Part shown: piece by piece, positions 34,783 through 45,085 of the stretch
How the letters are laid out: the number at the start of each line of letters is the position of its first letter
Numbering within the stretch: position 1 is the stretch's first letter
DNA from: an uncultured Methanosarcinaceae archaeon
GTDB lineage: Archaea > Halobacteriota > Methanosarcinia > Methanosarcinales > Methanosarcinaceae
Reading direction: 5' to 3'
DNA: 64,000 nt
Assembly: GCA_963833425.1 (NCBI GenBank)
Contig: CAWHXP010000014.1
Coordinates: forward strand, 1-64,000
Notes under the pieces: model-generated
What the model saw: the letters and a program-made list of their open reading frames with translations, nothing else
What the model was told of the DNA's origin: nothing
Database searches by the model: none
Program-made: the position numbers and the translations under genes

Positions 34783-35464
34783 TTCTCCACCCCCAAATAT
34801 AATCTGGTGTTTTTTCACCACAGTTAAATATTAGATCTATGATAGACACTAAATGGTTAAAATTCCCCCACAATTGTGGATACTCTAAATATCCAGAATA
34901 ATTTTTGTATTCTAAAGTTATCCCTGCTTTTTCAAATTTTTCGTTAACGATATAGGTTTTTGCTGAAGGTCCTGTTAAATACTCATCTGCATCAATTTGT
35001 TTGCAAATTTCAATAACTTTATCGTCTTTAGTTCCGCATGTATCCAAAGTTGTTGAATTTATGAATTCGGTATTTATATCTAATATTTTACTGATTTTTT
35101 TTATTGCGTAAATATTTAGTTCCGAAACTGTTTCAAACTTTTTACTATATATTTCGAGAATTTCTCCTTTATACGTATCATAATATTCTGAAGCAGCATA
35201 ATTTGCATTAATCATTTTTCTGTGCTTTATCGCCCAATTTTGGGAATAATTAATCTTTGTTTCAAAGATTTTTTTATGAATATCACCGCTAACAGGTACT
35301 GTTATCCATTCGGTTCCACTTGGTGTTTTAAGTTTATTTCTGTTTCTCCAATCGTTTTTTGTGTATTGTACATCTTCAAGAAAAACAAAAGTATCAACAT
35401 CATGGATGATGTCAAAATAGCCTTTCCATGGAAGATAATTTGACTGAATAATTGCTGCCTTCAT
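34766..35464 (-). CDS. WbqC-like protein
   Basis: AIIQSNYLPWKGYFD...DVQY..NDWRNRNK...WITVPV...Y.QLW..F...VSIIDL.FN.G. Confidence 0.9.
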   Translation of the reverse strand: MKAAIIQSNYLPWKGYFDIIHDVDTFVFLEDVQYTKNDWRNRNKLKTPSGTEWITVPVSGDIHKKIFETKINYSQNWAIKHRKMINANYAASEYYDTYKGEILEIYSKKFETVSELNIYAIKKISKILDINTEFINSTTLDTCGTKDDKVIEICKQIDADEYLTGPSAKTYIVNEKFEKAGITLEYKNYSGYLEYPQLWGNFNHLVSIIDLIFNCGEKTPDYIWGWRNGKSG

Positions 35465-36153
35465 ATTTTTTCTCTGAAATATTTTGAATAATCTGGGAAT
35501 TGATTTTTTATAAAATTTTCTTTATATATATATACAAAAAATTCGTATAAGGGGATATCGTGTTCAATACAAACAAACCGAGATAAGTTTTTCACGCACC
35601 AATCCATTATTGTTTTTGGATCAGCGTAATAAAGTCTATTATCATAAAATTCAGAATAGATTGTTAAGAAATTAAAACAAATACCTTTTCTAGCCATCTT
35701 AAACATGTTTTTTATGGATTTAAATACAAATAGTTCCCATTCTTCAATTAAGTTCTCTTCTTTGGAATTGAAAGTTCCATTCAAAACAAAATAATCTTTA
35801 TTTTGTATTGAAGGATCAATTTGTTCAATGTTATCTGAAATGTCTTGAAGGAAAAATTCACAAGTTGGATATTTCTTTCTATCTAATACTATAAATTCTT
35901 TTATGATGTCATTCCCTGAATAAACAGCATCAAATTTAAACATATCCAAAAATTCTTTATAATGTGCTAACCCGCAACCTACGTCATGAACACTGAAAGA
36001 TTTAAGTCCTTCATACTTAAAAAGGTCTGAAATTTTTTGAAATCTGAGGTATTGACTTTTCTTATCATTCCATGATACAGAAAGGGGATTATCCCCAAAT
36101 TCGTTAAATTTACTCAAATAAAATTTTTCCTGACTTTTATTTATCATATCCAT
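35461..36153 (-). CDS. Class I SAM-dependent methyltransferase
   Basis: VSW....Q..RF, VHDVGCGLAH, NGTFN, FNFLT..S, HD.PLYEF. Confidence 0.82.
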   Translation of the reverse strand: MDMINKSQEKFYLSKFNEFGDNPLSVSWNDKKSQYLRFQKISDLFKYEGLKSFSVHDVGCGLAHYKEFLDMFKFDAVYSGNDIIKEFIVLDRKKYPTCEFFLQDISDNIEQIDPSIQNKDYFVLNGTFNSKEENLIEEWELFVFKSIKNMFKMARKGICFNFLTIYSEFYDNRLYYADPKTIMDWCVKNLSRFVCIEHDIPLYEFFVYIYKENFIKNQFPDYSKYFREKI

Positions 36154-36399
36154 CTATCTCACCATTTTAAAATTATAGGTTATTCCTCTAATGTTGCCTA
36201 CTCAAATTTTTTATCTCCATATTTTTTTCCATTATAAAACATGTATTTTGTACCTTTATGTTCGAAAATAAAGGATATTCTATCATTTCGGAATCCCAAC
36301 TAGGCTCAGAAGCATCAATACCTACATCATAGTTCTTCCTAACCCGCTTAATTCCATCAGTTGATTTTGCATAATCAATTCTATAACTATCTCCCCTGA

Positions 36400-36597
36400 A
36401 TAGTACCACATTTTGCATCTTAGCAATCTCCAACTTCCACGCGCTCCGATTTCTAAACTATCACGAAACCCGAATGGATTTGAGCAATATTCTTTGAACA
36501 ATTCTCATTTTCAGCAATGTCAATGATGTATTAATCTTTATAAGGAGCAAATGGAAATGAGATCTCCGTATAGCTTATAAGGTTCCATAGCAATAGA
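36400..36597 (-). pseudogene. DUF35 OB-fold protein remnant
   Basis: GTL/ISYTEISFPFAPYKD*YIIDIAENENCSKNIAQI...SLEIGAR/VEV resembles the DUF35 C-terminal OB domain; directly follows the thiolase remnant. Confidence 0.55.
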
Positions 36598-36598
36598 T

Positions 36599-37331
36599 TC
36601 ACCTAGAAAAGATACTAACTACGGCAGCTGATTCAGGACACCACCTATATCAAGCATAATCCAATATTAGCATCATTAACATGCTTCATCCCAGCATCAA
36701 CTCTCAATTGTTTTCACAATCTCCACAACTCGACTTCTCCTCTAGCTTCTATCAGATGTCCTTTTCCTTTCAAGTCGAGATGGGATTGATTGGAATTATT
36801 CCATCAATTTCCATCATACTCGAATCAATCATTTTCTTTGATTTTCCTTTGTTGCAAAATCCAAGATCCTCGATTTCAATTAATTCGGCCATAGCGAAAC
36901 AATCATTGACTTCTGCAACATGATATTCTCGGGATTTGGATCACACATTTCATATGCCTTCTTCGAGACTCTGAAGGTCACAGGCATGTTAGCGATGTTT
37001 TTCTTTTGTCAGTTCAATAGTTTCGATATCATATCCGATTTATGCAAGCTTCAGAGGTGTTTCTACATTTCTTGAATTTATTTCACTATTACAAATAAAA
37101 CAGAAGATGCACCGTCTGAAAGGGGGAACAATCAAATTATTTTGACGAATATGCAACATTTTTAAAGACAATACTTCATTATGTTTTGAAAGTTAGAAAT
37201 ACATATTGCATCGACTTGATTAAGGTTTAAATTTTCTAAGGATTGAGTACAAACTTCTGTCATTAAATCTTCAATATTAACATATTTTTTCCAAATTTTG
37301 TATGACTCGTTCCAAGAACGTTAAGTTTCAC
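36599..37331 (-). pseudogene. Thiolase (archaeal acetyl-CoA acetyltransferase type) pseudogene with internal deletion
   Basis: VKLNVLGTSHTKFGK...VDAICISNF; DCSP/SDGASSV; KKAYEM; VAEVNDCFAMAELIEIEDLGFCNKGK; IPINP...KGKGH; KQLR..AG..V.DANIGL. Confidence 0.8.
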
Positions 37332-37374
37332 TTTATAACCTTCAAGCAATTTTTTTAATAAGCTTATGCAAAAC

Positions 37375-38658
37375 TTATCTTTCAAATTTTTCTGGAGTAT
37401 GGAGTTTAATTTCCGGTTTGTTTACTGATTTACCAGTTATTATATTTGAATCATCATCAGACAGATGTTCAGCCAATTTACGGATATATGGGAAAGTTTT
37501 GCCTTTTAATATTTCCCCTATTGAAGATACCACAAAATCCAATTCTTCGTTTTTCATTCCCGCATAAAGTGGCAATCGTAATAGTCTTCCGCTGATATCT
37601 TCTGTTATTGGAAGATCACCACTTACGTAACCTAATTTTTTTCCCATGGGTGCAGAATGTAGAGGAACATAATGGAAAACTGCATGAATATCTTTTCCTC
37701 TAAGGGCGTTGAGAACGTGATTTCTAATTTTTTCATTTTCAAAAAGCACATAGAACAAATGAGCATTATGGTCAGCATAATCAGGTATAAAAGGCAACTT
37801 GATTTTTCCTTCTTCTTCAAAGGGTTTCAAAGTGTTGTAGTAAACGTTCCATACACGCTTCCGTTTCGTTTGAATTTCCTCGATTTTTTCAAGTTGTGCA
37901 TTAAGGACCGCTGCTAAAACATCACTTGGTAGATAACTTAACCCAATATCAACCCATGTATATTTGTCTATTTCTCCACGAAAAAATTTACTCCTATTAG
38001 TTCCTTTTTCTCTGATGATCTCAACACGCTCAGCTATCTCTTGATCATCGGTATTAATTAAAAGAGCTCCTCCTTCACCGCAAATATAATTTTTAGTTTC
38101 ATGAAAACTGTAACATCCAAAATCCCCAATCGTCCCAAGATATATATTTTTGTATTTTGCATTGACACCATGAGCTGCATCTTCTACTACTTTTAAGTCG
38201 TTTTCTTCTGCGATTTCCATAATCTGTTCCATATCGCAAGAGACCCCAGCATAGTGGACAGGATATATGGCTTTTGTTCTGGGTGTGAGTTTTCGTCTTA
38301 TATCCTCAGGATCGATATTCAAAGTTTCTTCCTGGATATCTGCAAAGATAGGCTTTGCCCTGGCAAGTAAAATCGCATTCACAGTTGAGGAAAATGTATA
38401 GGATGGAACAATAATTTCGTCGCCTTGTTTGAAGCCCATAGCACGGCTTGCAAGTTCTAGGGCACTCGTGCCTGAGGTCGTGAGCGAAACTTTTTTTGCC
38501 CCAAACTTCGTCTCCATAAATTTTTGAGCTTTGTGGGTATATTTTCCATCTCCACATAGATGTGAACCGCTTTCACCTTTTTGCACTGAACTGAAGAGTT
38601 CTTCTATATATTTCAACTCATTTCCAGTGAAATAAGGCTTGTTAAATGGGATGTACAC
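37375..38658 (-). CDS. wecE: dTDP-4-amino-4,6-dideoxyhexose transaminase (WecE/RffA, DegT family)
   Basis: IPFNKP, PSYTFSST, VEDAAH, SFHETKN, REKGTNRS.FFRGEIDKYTW, HYVPLH. Confidence 0.92.
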   Translation of the reverse strand: MYIPFNKPYFTGNELKYIEELFSSVQKGESGSHLCGDGKYTHKAQKFMETKFGAKKVSLTTSGTSALELASRAMGFKQGDEIIVPSYTFSSTVNAILLARAKPIFADIQEETLNIDPEDIRRKLTPRTKAIYPVHYAGVSCDMEQIMEIAEENDLKVVEDAAHGVNAKYKNIYLGTIGDFGCYSFHETKNYICGEGGALLINTDDQEIAERVEIIREKGTNRSKFFRGEIDKYTWVDIGLSYLPSDVLAAVLNAQLEKIEEIQTKRKRVWNVYYNTLKPFEEEGKIKLPFIPDYADHNAHLFYVLFENEKIRNHVLNALRGKDIHAVFHYVPLHSAPMGKKLGYVSGDLPITEDISGRLLRLPLYAGMKNEELDFVVSSIGEILKGKTFPYIRKLAEHLSDDDSNIITGKSVNKPEIKLHTPEKFER

Positions 38659-39457
38659 GACTGCCTTCCATTTTTATCTTGTCTTCCTGATATCTAAGCG
38701 AGATATTTGCGTATTGTAAAGGCTCTTCTTGTATCTTATTATCAATCTCGAAAAGCAGTTTATTTGCATACTGATATGATTCGAAAGTTCCTGCATCAGT
38801 CCAATTTCCGCTTACAATACCGTATGTAAGCTGGTTTTGTCTGACATATTCGTTGTTGATATCACTAATTTCGAGTTCTCCTCTTTCAGAGAGTTTAGTG
38901 TTTCTTATTATGTTGAATACAGAGGAATCATACATATAAACTCCAATCACTGCGTAATTGCTCATAGGATTTTTTGGTTTTTCTTCAATATTAACAATCA
39001 TCTTCTTTTTTTCGTCAAGAGCAGCAACACCAAATCTTTCAGGATCACCGACTTTCTTTAGAAGAATTCTCGCACGGCTTAATTGCCTTTTATATTCTTC
39101 TACATGGGGCCTTATACTGTGCGTAAGAATATTGTCACCCAGAATCACAGTCATCGAATCCAAACCTATATATATTTCTGCGAGAGAAAGTGCTTGTGCA
39201 ATTCCTCCTGCATCCTCCTGAACCTTAAAAGTAAATTCGCAGCCAAACTCTCTACCACTACCAAGAAGACGAACTATCTCACCCATATGTTCCTTACTTG
39301 TAATTATCAAAATGTCTTTAATTCCTACTGAGATCAATTGCCTTATTGGATTGAAGATCATAGGCTCTTTACCTACAGGCAAAAGGTGTTTGTTCGTAAT
39401 TTTTGTTAGAGGTGCAAGCCTCGTTCCTGTTCCACCTGCCAAAATTATTCCTTTAAT
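38642..39457 (-). CDS. rmlA: Glucose-1-phosphate thymidylyltransferase (RmlA/SpsI-like); probable ATT start
   Basis: xKGIILAGGTGTRL.PLTK.TNKHLLPV, LGDN, EEKP, SERGELEI.D, WTDAGT. Confidence 0.9.
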   Translation of the reverse strand: MKGIILAGGTGTRLAPLTKITNKHLLPVGKEPMIFNPIRQLISVGIKDILIITSKEHMGEIVRLLGSGREFGCEFTFKVQEDAGGIAQALSLAEIYIGLDSMTVILGDNILTHSIRPHVEEYKRQLSRARILLKKVGDPERFGVAALDEKKKMIVNIEEKPKNPMSNYAVIGVYMYDSSVFNIIRNTKLSERGELEISDINNEYVRQNQLTYGIVSGNWTDAGTFESYQYANKLLFEIDNKIQEEPLQYANISLRYQEDKIKMEGSRVHPI

Positions 39458-39971
39458 ATTAATCCCCCCAACTGTATGATCTATATATTACTACACCGCT
39501 TCTCTTAAATAAATTTTACCACGTGAGTGCAGATTTCAATATATATTTTCCCCAAATAAATTCTGGGCCTAGAATATTTGGCTCTTGTTATTCTAGTGGG
39601 TAATTAGAGTAATTTTCTAAATGTGGTACTATATATCTAAAATTTAAAAACATTTAGTGCAAGAAATCACAATCATGATAGCGTCATGTAACGAACCTGA
39701 AAAAAATTATGCGAAGTTATTGAATTATTCATAACGGCTTGAATTTGTCGATTTTCTGCAAAATCACAAATTTCAAGAAGTTATTGGATAAACAGTTCGA
39801 TGTCGAAGAATAAATATAAATATAAAAATTACTTACATAAAAACAATACTTACACAATTAATTACAAATCTTAATATATTAAGTGTCTACCGTTAGTGAT
39901 TTTCAGACAAGCTATGAGGGTCGGTGTGCATGTGACCCTCTGCTCCAGAGTTAATAAATTGGAGATTCTTT

Positions 39972-41774
39972 ATGAGTCTTGAAGATAGATTAAACATATT
40001 CACCCAAAAATACGACCAATTTTTAAATGCTTATCTGATGTTCGCAGTTGTTTTTTTATATCATTTGCTTTTTATATTTCAGGGACTTGATTTAACTGAT
40101 TTTGGATACCATATTACACATCAAATATTCTCATTCACCTTCTCACCTGGGGTAAAATACATCGAACCTACATTTTTTCTAACTGATTTTATAGGAGGAA
40201 TGTGGCTTTCTTTAATTGGGCATCCAAATGTTCTATGGGCAAAACTGGGGGGAGTTTTTCTTCAAGCGTTGAATGCTACAATTATTTTTTCTATCTTAGA
40301 GAACTATTTTGAAAAAAGAAAAGTTTTCTTTGTTTTATTTGTAACAAGTATATTTACTTCTATATTTCCACTAATGTATATTCATTATTTTACATTTCCA
40401 GCTTTTTTAGTCAACCTCGAGTTATTAGTATTCAACAAAATAATTTTATCTGATATTGGATCTAAAAAAAGGAGTTTTTATAGTTTTTTCCTCGGATTCA
40501 TGGTAATTCCAATAATTCTAAGTAGACTTAGTCTCATACTGATATTTATCATCCCAATTATTTTTTTTATTTATTGGTATGTGCGAAAAAAAGAAGTTTT
40601 ATGCTTCAAAAAAATCATTTATCCTACTATAATAGGAATCTTTTTTTCTAGTATCCTATTTGGGTTATTTTTTTGGTACCTTGATATCTTAAATTATTAC
40701 TTTTTAAGTATTATTGAAAACATATCTTTCTTAGTTACAGGTGTTGCAAATAAAACAAGTTCTATGTCTGCTGCTAGTTCAAAGGCAAGGTTAATTAATA
40801 TTTATGTATTCGACTCTAAACTAATTATTAATATATTATTAAAGTTGATCTTTGGTATTTATATCTTATCAATTATAAAAGAAAAAATTGGGAAAAGAAA
40901 AATCAATATGTTAGTAATATTATTGACATTATTGCTGATTTTAAATGTGAGTTTGTCTGTAAAAAATGACTTTGATATTTTTGTTTCTACTGTTCGCCCT
41001 CTATTAACTGTTTTAATTGGAATCATCATTGTTTTAGCAATCACCTATTTTGCGTTTAATAGAGTGATGAATGAGAAAATAGATTTATTGTTAATTTCAA
41101 GCATAGGGATTATGATAATTAATCCAATTGGTTCTAATACTGGATTATTTAAGTCAATGTATGGAACGTGGTTAGCATTACCTCTTGCAGTGCTGAGCAT
41201 CTGTAAGATAAAAACAGATATTAAAAATAAGAGAATTTCATCAATGGTATCTTTAATACCGATACTACTTATTTCTTTATTATGTTTGTCTATTTTTTTT
41301 AATATCACTTATATTTATAGAGACGATATAAACCGTTTGAACTTGAATACAGAGTTTTCAGATCCATCACTCAAGGGAGTATATTCTACATCTAACAGAG
41401 TTGAAGCTGTAGAAGAGCTTGTATATCAGATAAGAAAACACTCTGACAAATATGATGAAATTTTAATAGCGAATAACATCCCAATATTTCATGCTCTAAC
41501 AGAAACAAAACCATCATTTGGAAATCCATGGATTGATTTGTTATCTCTTGACGAAATAAAAGAAAAACAGCGAAAATTAGAGGAAAAAAAAGAACTACCA
41601 AAGCTATTTATTTATAGTAAGGCTAGTGGAAGGCTTGATTGGCCTTCAAGCTACAATGATTATAAAGGTGATGGTAATATTGGATACTTAAAATCCCGAT
41701 ACGTTAATGACTTGAACTATTCTCTTTTATTGGAAAACGAATACTTTGCAATATACAGTCATTCTTCAATATAA
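39972..41774 (+). CDS. Polytopic membrane protein, probable GT-C-fold glycosyltransferase
   Basis: QGLDLTDFGY acidic first loop, many TM segments, GSNTG motif, soluble C-terminal domain; SD GGAG. Function is inferred. Confidence 0.7.
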   Translation: MSLEDRLNIFTQKYDQFLNAYLMFAVVFLYHLLFIFQGLDLTDFGYHITHQIFSFTFSPGVKYIEPTFFLTDFIGGMWLSLIGHPNVLWAKLGGVFLQALNATIIFSILENYFEKRKVFFVLFVTSIFTSIFPLMYIHYFTFPAFLVNLELLVFNKIILSDIGSKKRSFYSFFLGFMVIPIILSRLSLILIFIIPIIFFIYWYVRKKEVLCFKKIIYPTIIGIFFSSILFGLFFWYLDILNYYFLSIIENISFLVTGVANKTSSMSAASSKARLINIYVFDSKLIINILLKLIFGIYILSIIKEKIGKRKINMLVILLTLLLILNVSLSVKNDFDIFVSTVRPLLTVLIGIIIVLAITYFAFNRVMNEKIDLLLISSIGIMIINPIGSNTGLFKSMYGTWLALPLAVLSICKIKTDIKNKRISSMVSLIPILLISLLCLSIFFNITYIYRDDINRLNLNTEFSDPSLKGVYSTSNRVEAVEELVYQIRKHSDKYDEILIANNIPIFHALTETKPSFGNPWIDLLSLDEIKEKQRKLEEKKELPKLFIYSKASGRLDWPSSYNDYKGDGNIGYLKSRYVNDLNYSLLLENEYFAIYSHSSI

Positions 41775-42199
41775 AATATGTAGGCAGTGACCGAAAAATT
41801 CTGTAAAATATTAATAGGATACATGATCAATGTTTATACTGACAAATATATTGTCTTTCTTGTATGCATTTATGCATAGCTTTTTGTAGTAGATTTCGGT
41901 ATGAAAAGTGAGTTCAGGATCTGAAGATCTGCATTACATGTGATACTTTCATTATTAGCGAGAAAGTAATGGCTTTTTGATACAGATATTGAGTAGGGCT
42001 ACTGCCATAAAAACTGAAGCTTTTTTAATGGTTGTCATAAAGTGGACTATTTCCGACTCTAGAACTCTCAATAATTCAACATGGTTTAACATCTGGCTCT
42101 ATGTCATACTTTTTAAAAAAAGCTAAACTACAATTACATTAGAATCATTCTAAAAATATCCAGGATTATCTTGAAACTAATTCATTTAGGTTCTTCAAA

Positions 42200-42740
42200 A
42201 AGAACAGGGTGCTTTCTTTTAAATAGTATGGCCAACTCTTAGTCTAATTTTATATTGTAAAGCGTTTTCGCCTCTGATAACTGTTTTATGTTAAACTGAG
42301 AGCACATTCAAGGTCAGCCTCGCTAAGATTCCAGATATTGTGCCATCTAGGTTCAAGCTAATATTTTTGCTATTCTCGCTAAGTGTAGCTCCTGTAAGGT
42401 CTGCCTTTCAAGGTTGTCTCTCTAAGGTCAGCCTCGTTAAAATCAGCATGTCTGAAATAAATCCTTCAAGTTTAGCTCCCGTATATTAATTCTACATAAA
42501 TCTAATCCAAAATCTTCTCTGTATTTTGATGTTTGCTCTCTATATTTTACTGAATGCTTCCGTCTTGTAATAACTCTAAGAATTGCTTGAATATCCAAAG
42601 GCATCTTATTTTGATTATTCATATCTTAAACTATTATGTTCTTATTCTCTACAGGTAAATTTTTTTCTAATATAAGCAGTTAAAAGTTCCATAATTGGTC
42701 GGTAGTCTTTCTCAGATTCATTTGCTATTTTTCCAAGGGC
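42200..42740 (-). pseudogene. Pentapeptide-repeat protein pseudogene
   Basis: SEKDYRPIMELLTAYIRK, DIQAILRVITRR, then ADFNEADL, ADLTGATL, NLSEADLE repeats broken by frameshifts. Confidence 0.75.
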
Positions 42741-43789
42741 AGATACTAAAACTAACCGAATTTCTATTACTGGATTTTGTTAACCTTTCGTTTGTTTCTA
42801 AGTAAAACTCAAGATAGTCTATAAGTTCAGGACCTTTCTCAATTTTAGCGTCGATAATTTCAAGAAAGGTATCTAAAATCGAAATTGCACTTTCTAGAGA
42901 GAAATTTTTTTCACTGAATAATTCTACAAGACCATTAATCAAGATATTTGAGCAATTAAACTTAACTGGCTTTTTCAATTATTTCTTGAATGTCGTTTCA
43001 CGTTTTTTTGATGAAAAAATGCATCAATTTGTATCCTATTCAATTTATAATTATTAATTGAAAATTCGTCAATTATTTTATAATATATTTTTGAGTTAAT
43101 ATTCTAAACTTTTCCAGTAATTTTCTTGGAGGAATCACATCATAAATTTGAAATATAGCCTGAAGTTATTGCTGATAATTCCATTACATGCCTCTGGCAC
43201 TCAACAACTTTTCTATAAATATAAATAAGCTTCTTGTTGCTATTACATTAATTAATTTTTCAATTTTATATTGGCTCCATTTTTTTAGCTATTTCCTTTG
43301 TTTTTATGGGTGATCATTCCAGATACCGATTAAATATGAGTGCAGAAGGATAATTTTCGGATTAGCTCAATGAGAATTAGTTAGAGCTGATCTGCTCCAG
43401 TGAAATAAAACGAAAACATTTGCTATACTGGGAACTTGATCATGAAAGAATCAGCAGTAATAATAATATTTTTATCATTTTCTAAGTCTTGAATTAATTA
43501 CAGTCTATTGTTAATGAAGTTAATGATAAATTTTGGTTATGTGAAATATAGTTTCTGGAATATTAAGGAAAAGTGATGGGTACAATGCAATCAGAATTAA
43601 AAATTTTTAATAAAATAAGGATATGTGGGGAGTGCAACCTTTCAATAATAGTTTTTACTATAAAACCTATGCATTATTAAAAACGATAAATCCAGTTTTT
43701 AGTGAAAGGAAAAGATAAAAGATTCATATAGAGTTTACAGGATTTCAGGCACACTCTTTTTTGTCAGGAATATTTTTGAATTATGTATA

Positions 43790-43878
43790 GAGGATTTCGA
43801 TAAATCCTTAAATTTCGTCTTATGCTTATAATAGGTATATAAATAACTCATGAAAATAAGAGGTTTATCGAAATATTC
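43790..43878. mobile_element. MITE family A, copy 3
   Basis: GAGGATTTCGATAAAT...GTTTATCGAAATATTC with TATA on both sides. Confidence 0.85.
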
Positions 43879-43971
43879 TATAATCAATTGTATCTAATTA
43901 TATGTTGTTGTAAAAAGTAGTTTTTTGCTAATGAATTAAGGAAACTAGATAAAATGAGTTTTAGATCAAGA

Positions 43972-44540
43972 TGTATACGCAGGAGAACCAGAAATAAAAG
44001 TACTATTCAACTATCCTAAAAGTATTACTCCTAAGTATGCTGTGAAAAGTTATTATCTAGTTATCTATTATCTCGAATATTCAATAGAAATAAAGCACTA
44101 TCCTACGATCCAAAACGTATTATTTCTGAGTATATCATCAAGAGTCGTATCTCGAATTCCTGTCATCTCTATTCTGGCTTTGATTAGTAATTTGTTTTGT
44201 ACTTCCAGTACCTGGACATGTTGTTATTGCTACATATTTTTTTATTTTGATGTGGTTACTATATCTGTATATTGGCGTAAAACAGCCAGCGATATGCACA
44301 TTATCTAAAATAGATGAAATGGATGGATACGATTTTGAAATGTGCATGAAGAATGTTTTTAAAAAATTGGGTTTTTCTGTATATCACACTTCTTCAGCGG
44401 GTGATTAAGGTGCAGATCTTATTTTAAATCAAAAGAAGTGTCAGGAGCCCTGTAAGAGTCAAACAATATTTACATAATTCCCCAAATAGGGCAGTACAGG
44501 AAGTTGTAGCGGAAAGGATTTTTACAACGAGTTTATAAAG
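43972..44540 (+). pseudogene. Mrr-like restriction endonuclease pseudogene
   Basis: SKIDEMDGYDFE....VFKKLGF......GD*GADLIL...VKQY...NRAVQEVVA, preceded by hydrophobic remnants. Confidence 0.72.
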
Positions 44541-45085
44541 CTGATCAATAAAATTTCACAGACTGTATCTCAGGATAAAAAAGTGAAGGCACCTGTCTAT
44601 TTTACATATTCACAAGCTATACTATCGATTTTGTTCTAAAATAAAAATATATTACGTAAGTTACTTTCATAATAAATCCTTAATATTTTGTTTTATCTCA
44701 CTGTGCTAATTAGTTGATAAATATAGGCAACTTTAGAAAATATATCATTTTCAGGTTGCGTTATTAGAAAGAAATTGATTTGTAAATGCAAATATTTTAT
44801 GCAAAACTATAAATATTTTTGAAGTATACATTATATAATTTATTCACAAGTACATGGGAATAGTACAATTACTCAGCTATACACAATCAATCTATTACTA
44901 CGATTTTTGTAGTTAGATATACACAACAATCCGTTAAGATAAATAAAAATGGTCAGTGACCAAAATTTTAAATAAAATAATTCAACAAGATTTAATGGAG
45001 ATTAAATTAATTAATAATGTTATTGCTCAAGCTGAATAGTTATCTGAATCATGAAATAACAGTGATAAACACAGAAGTTGTGATA

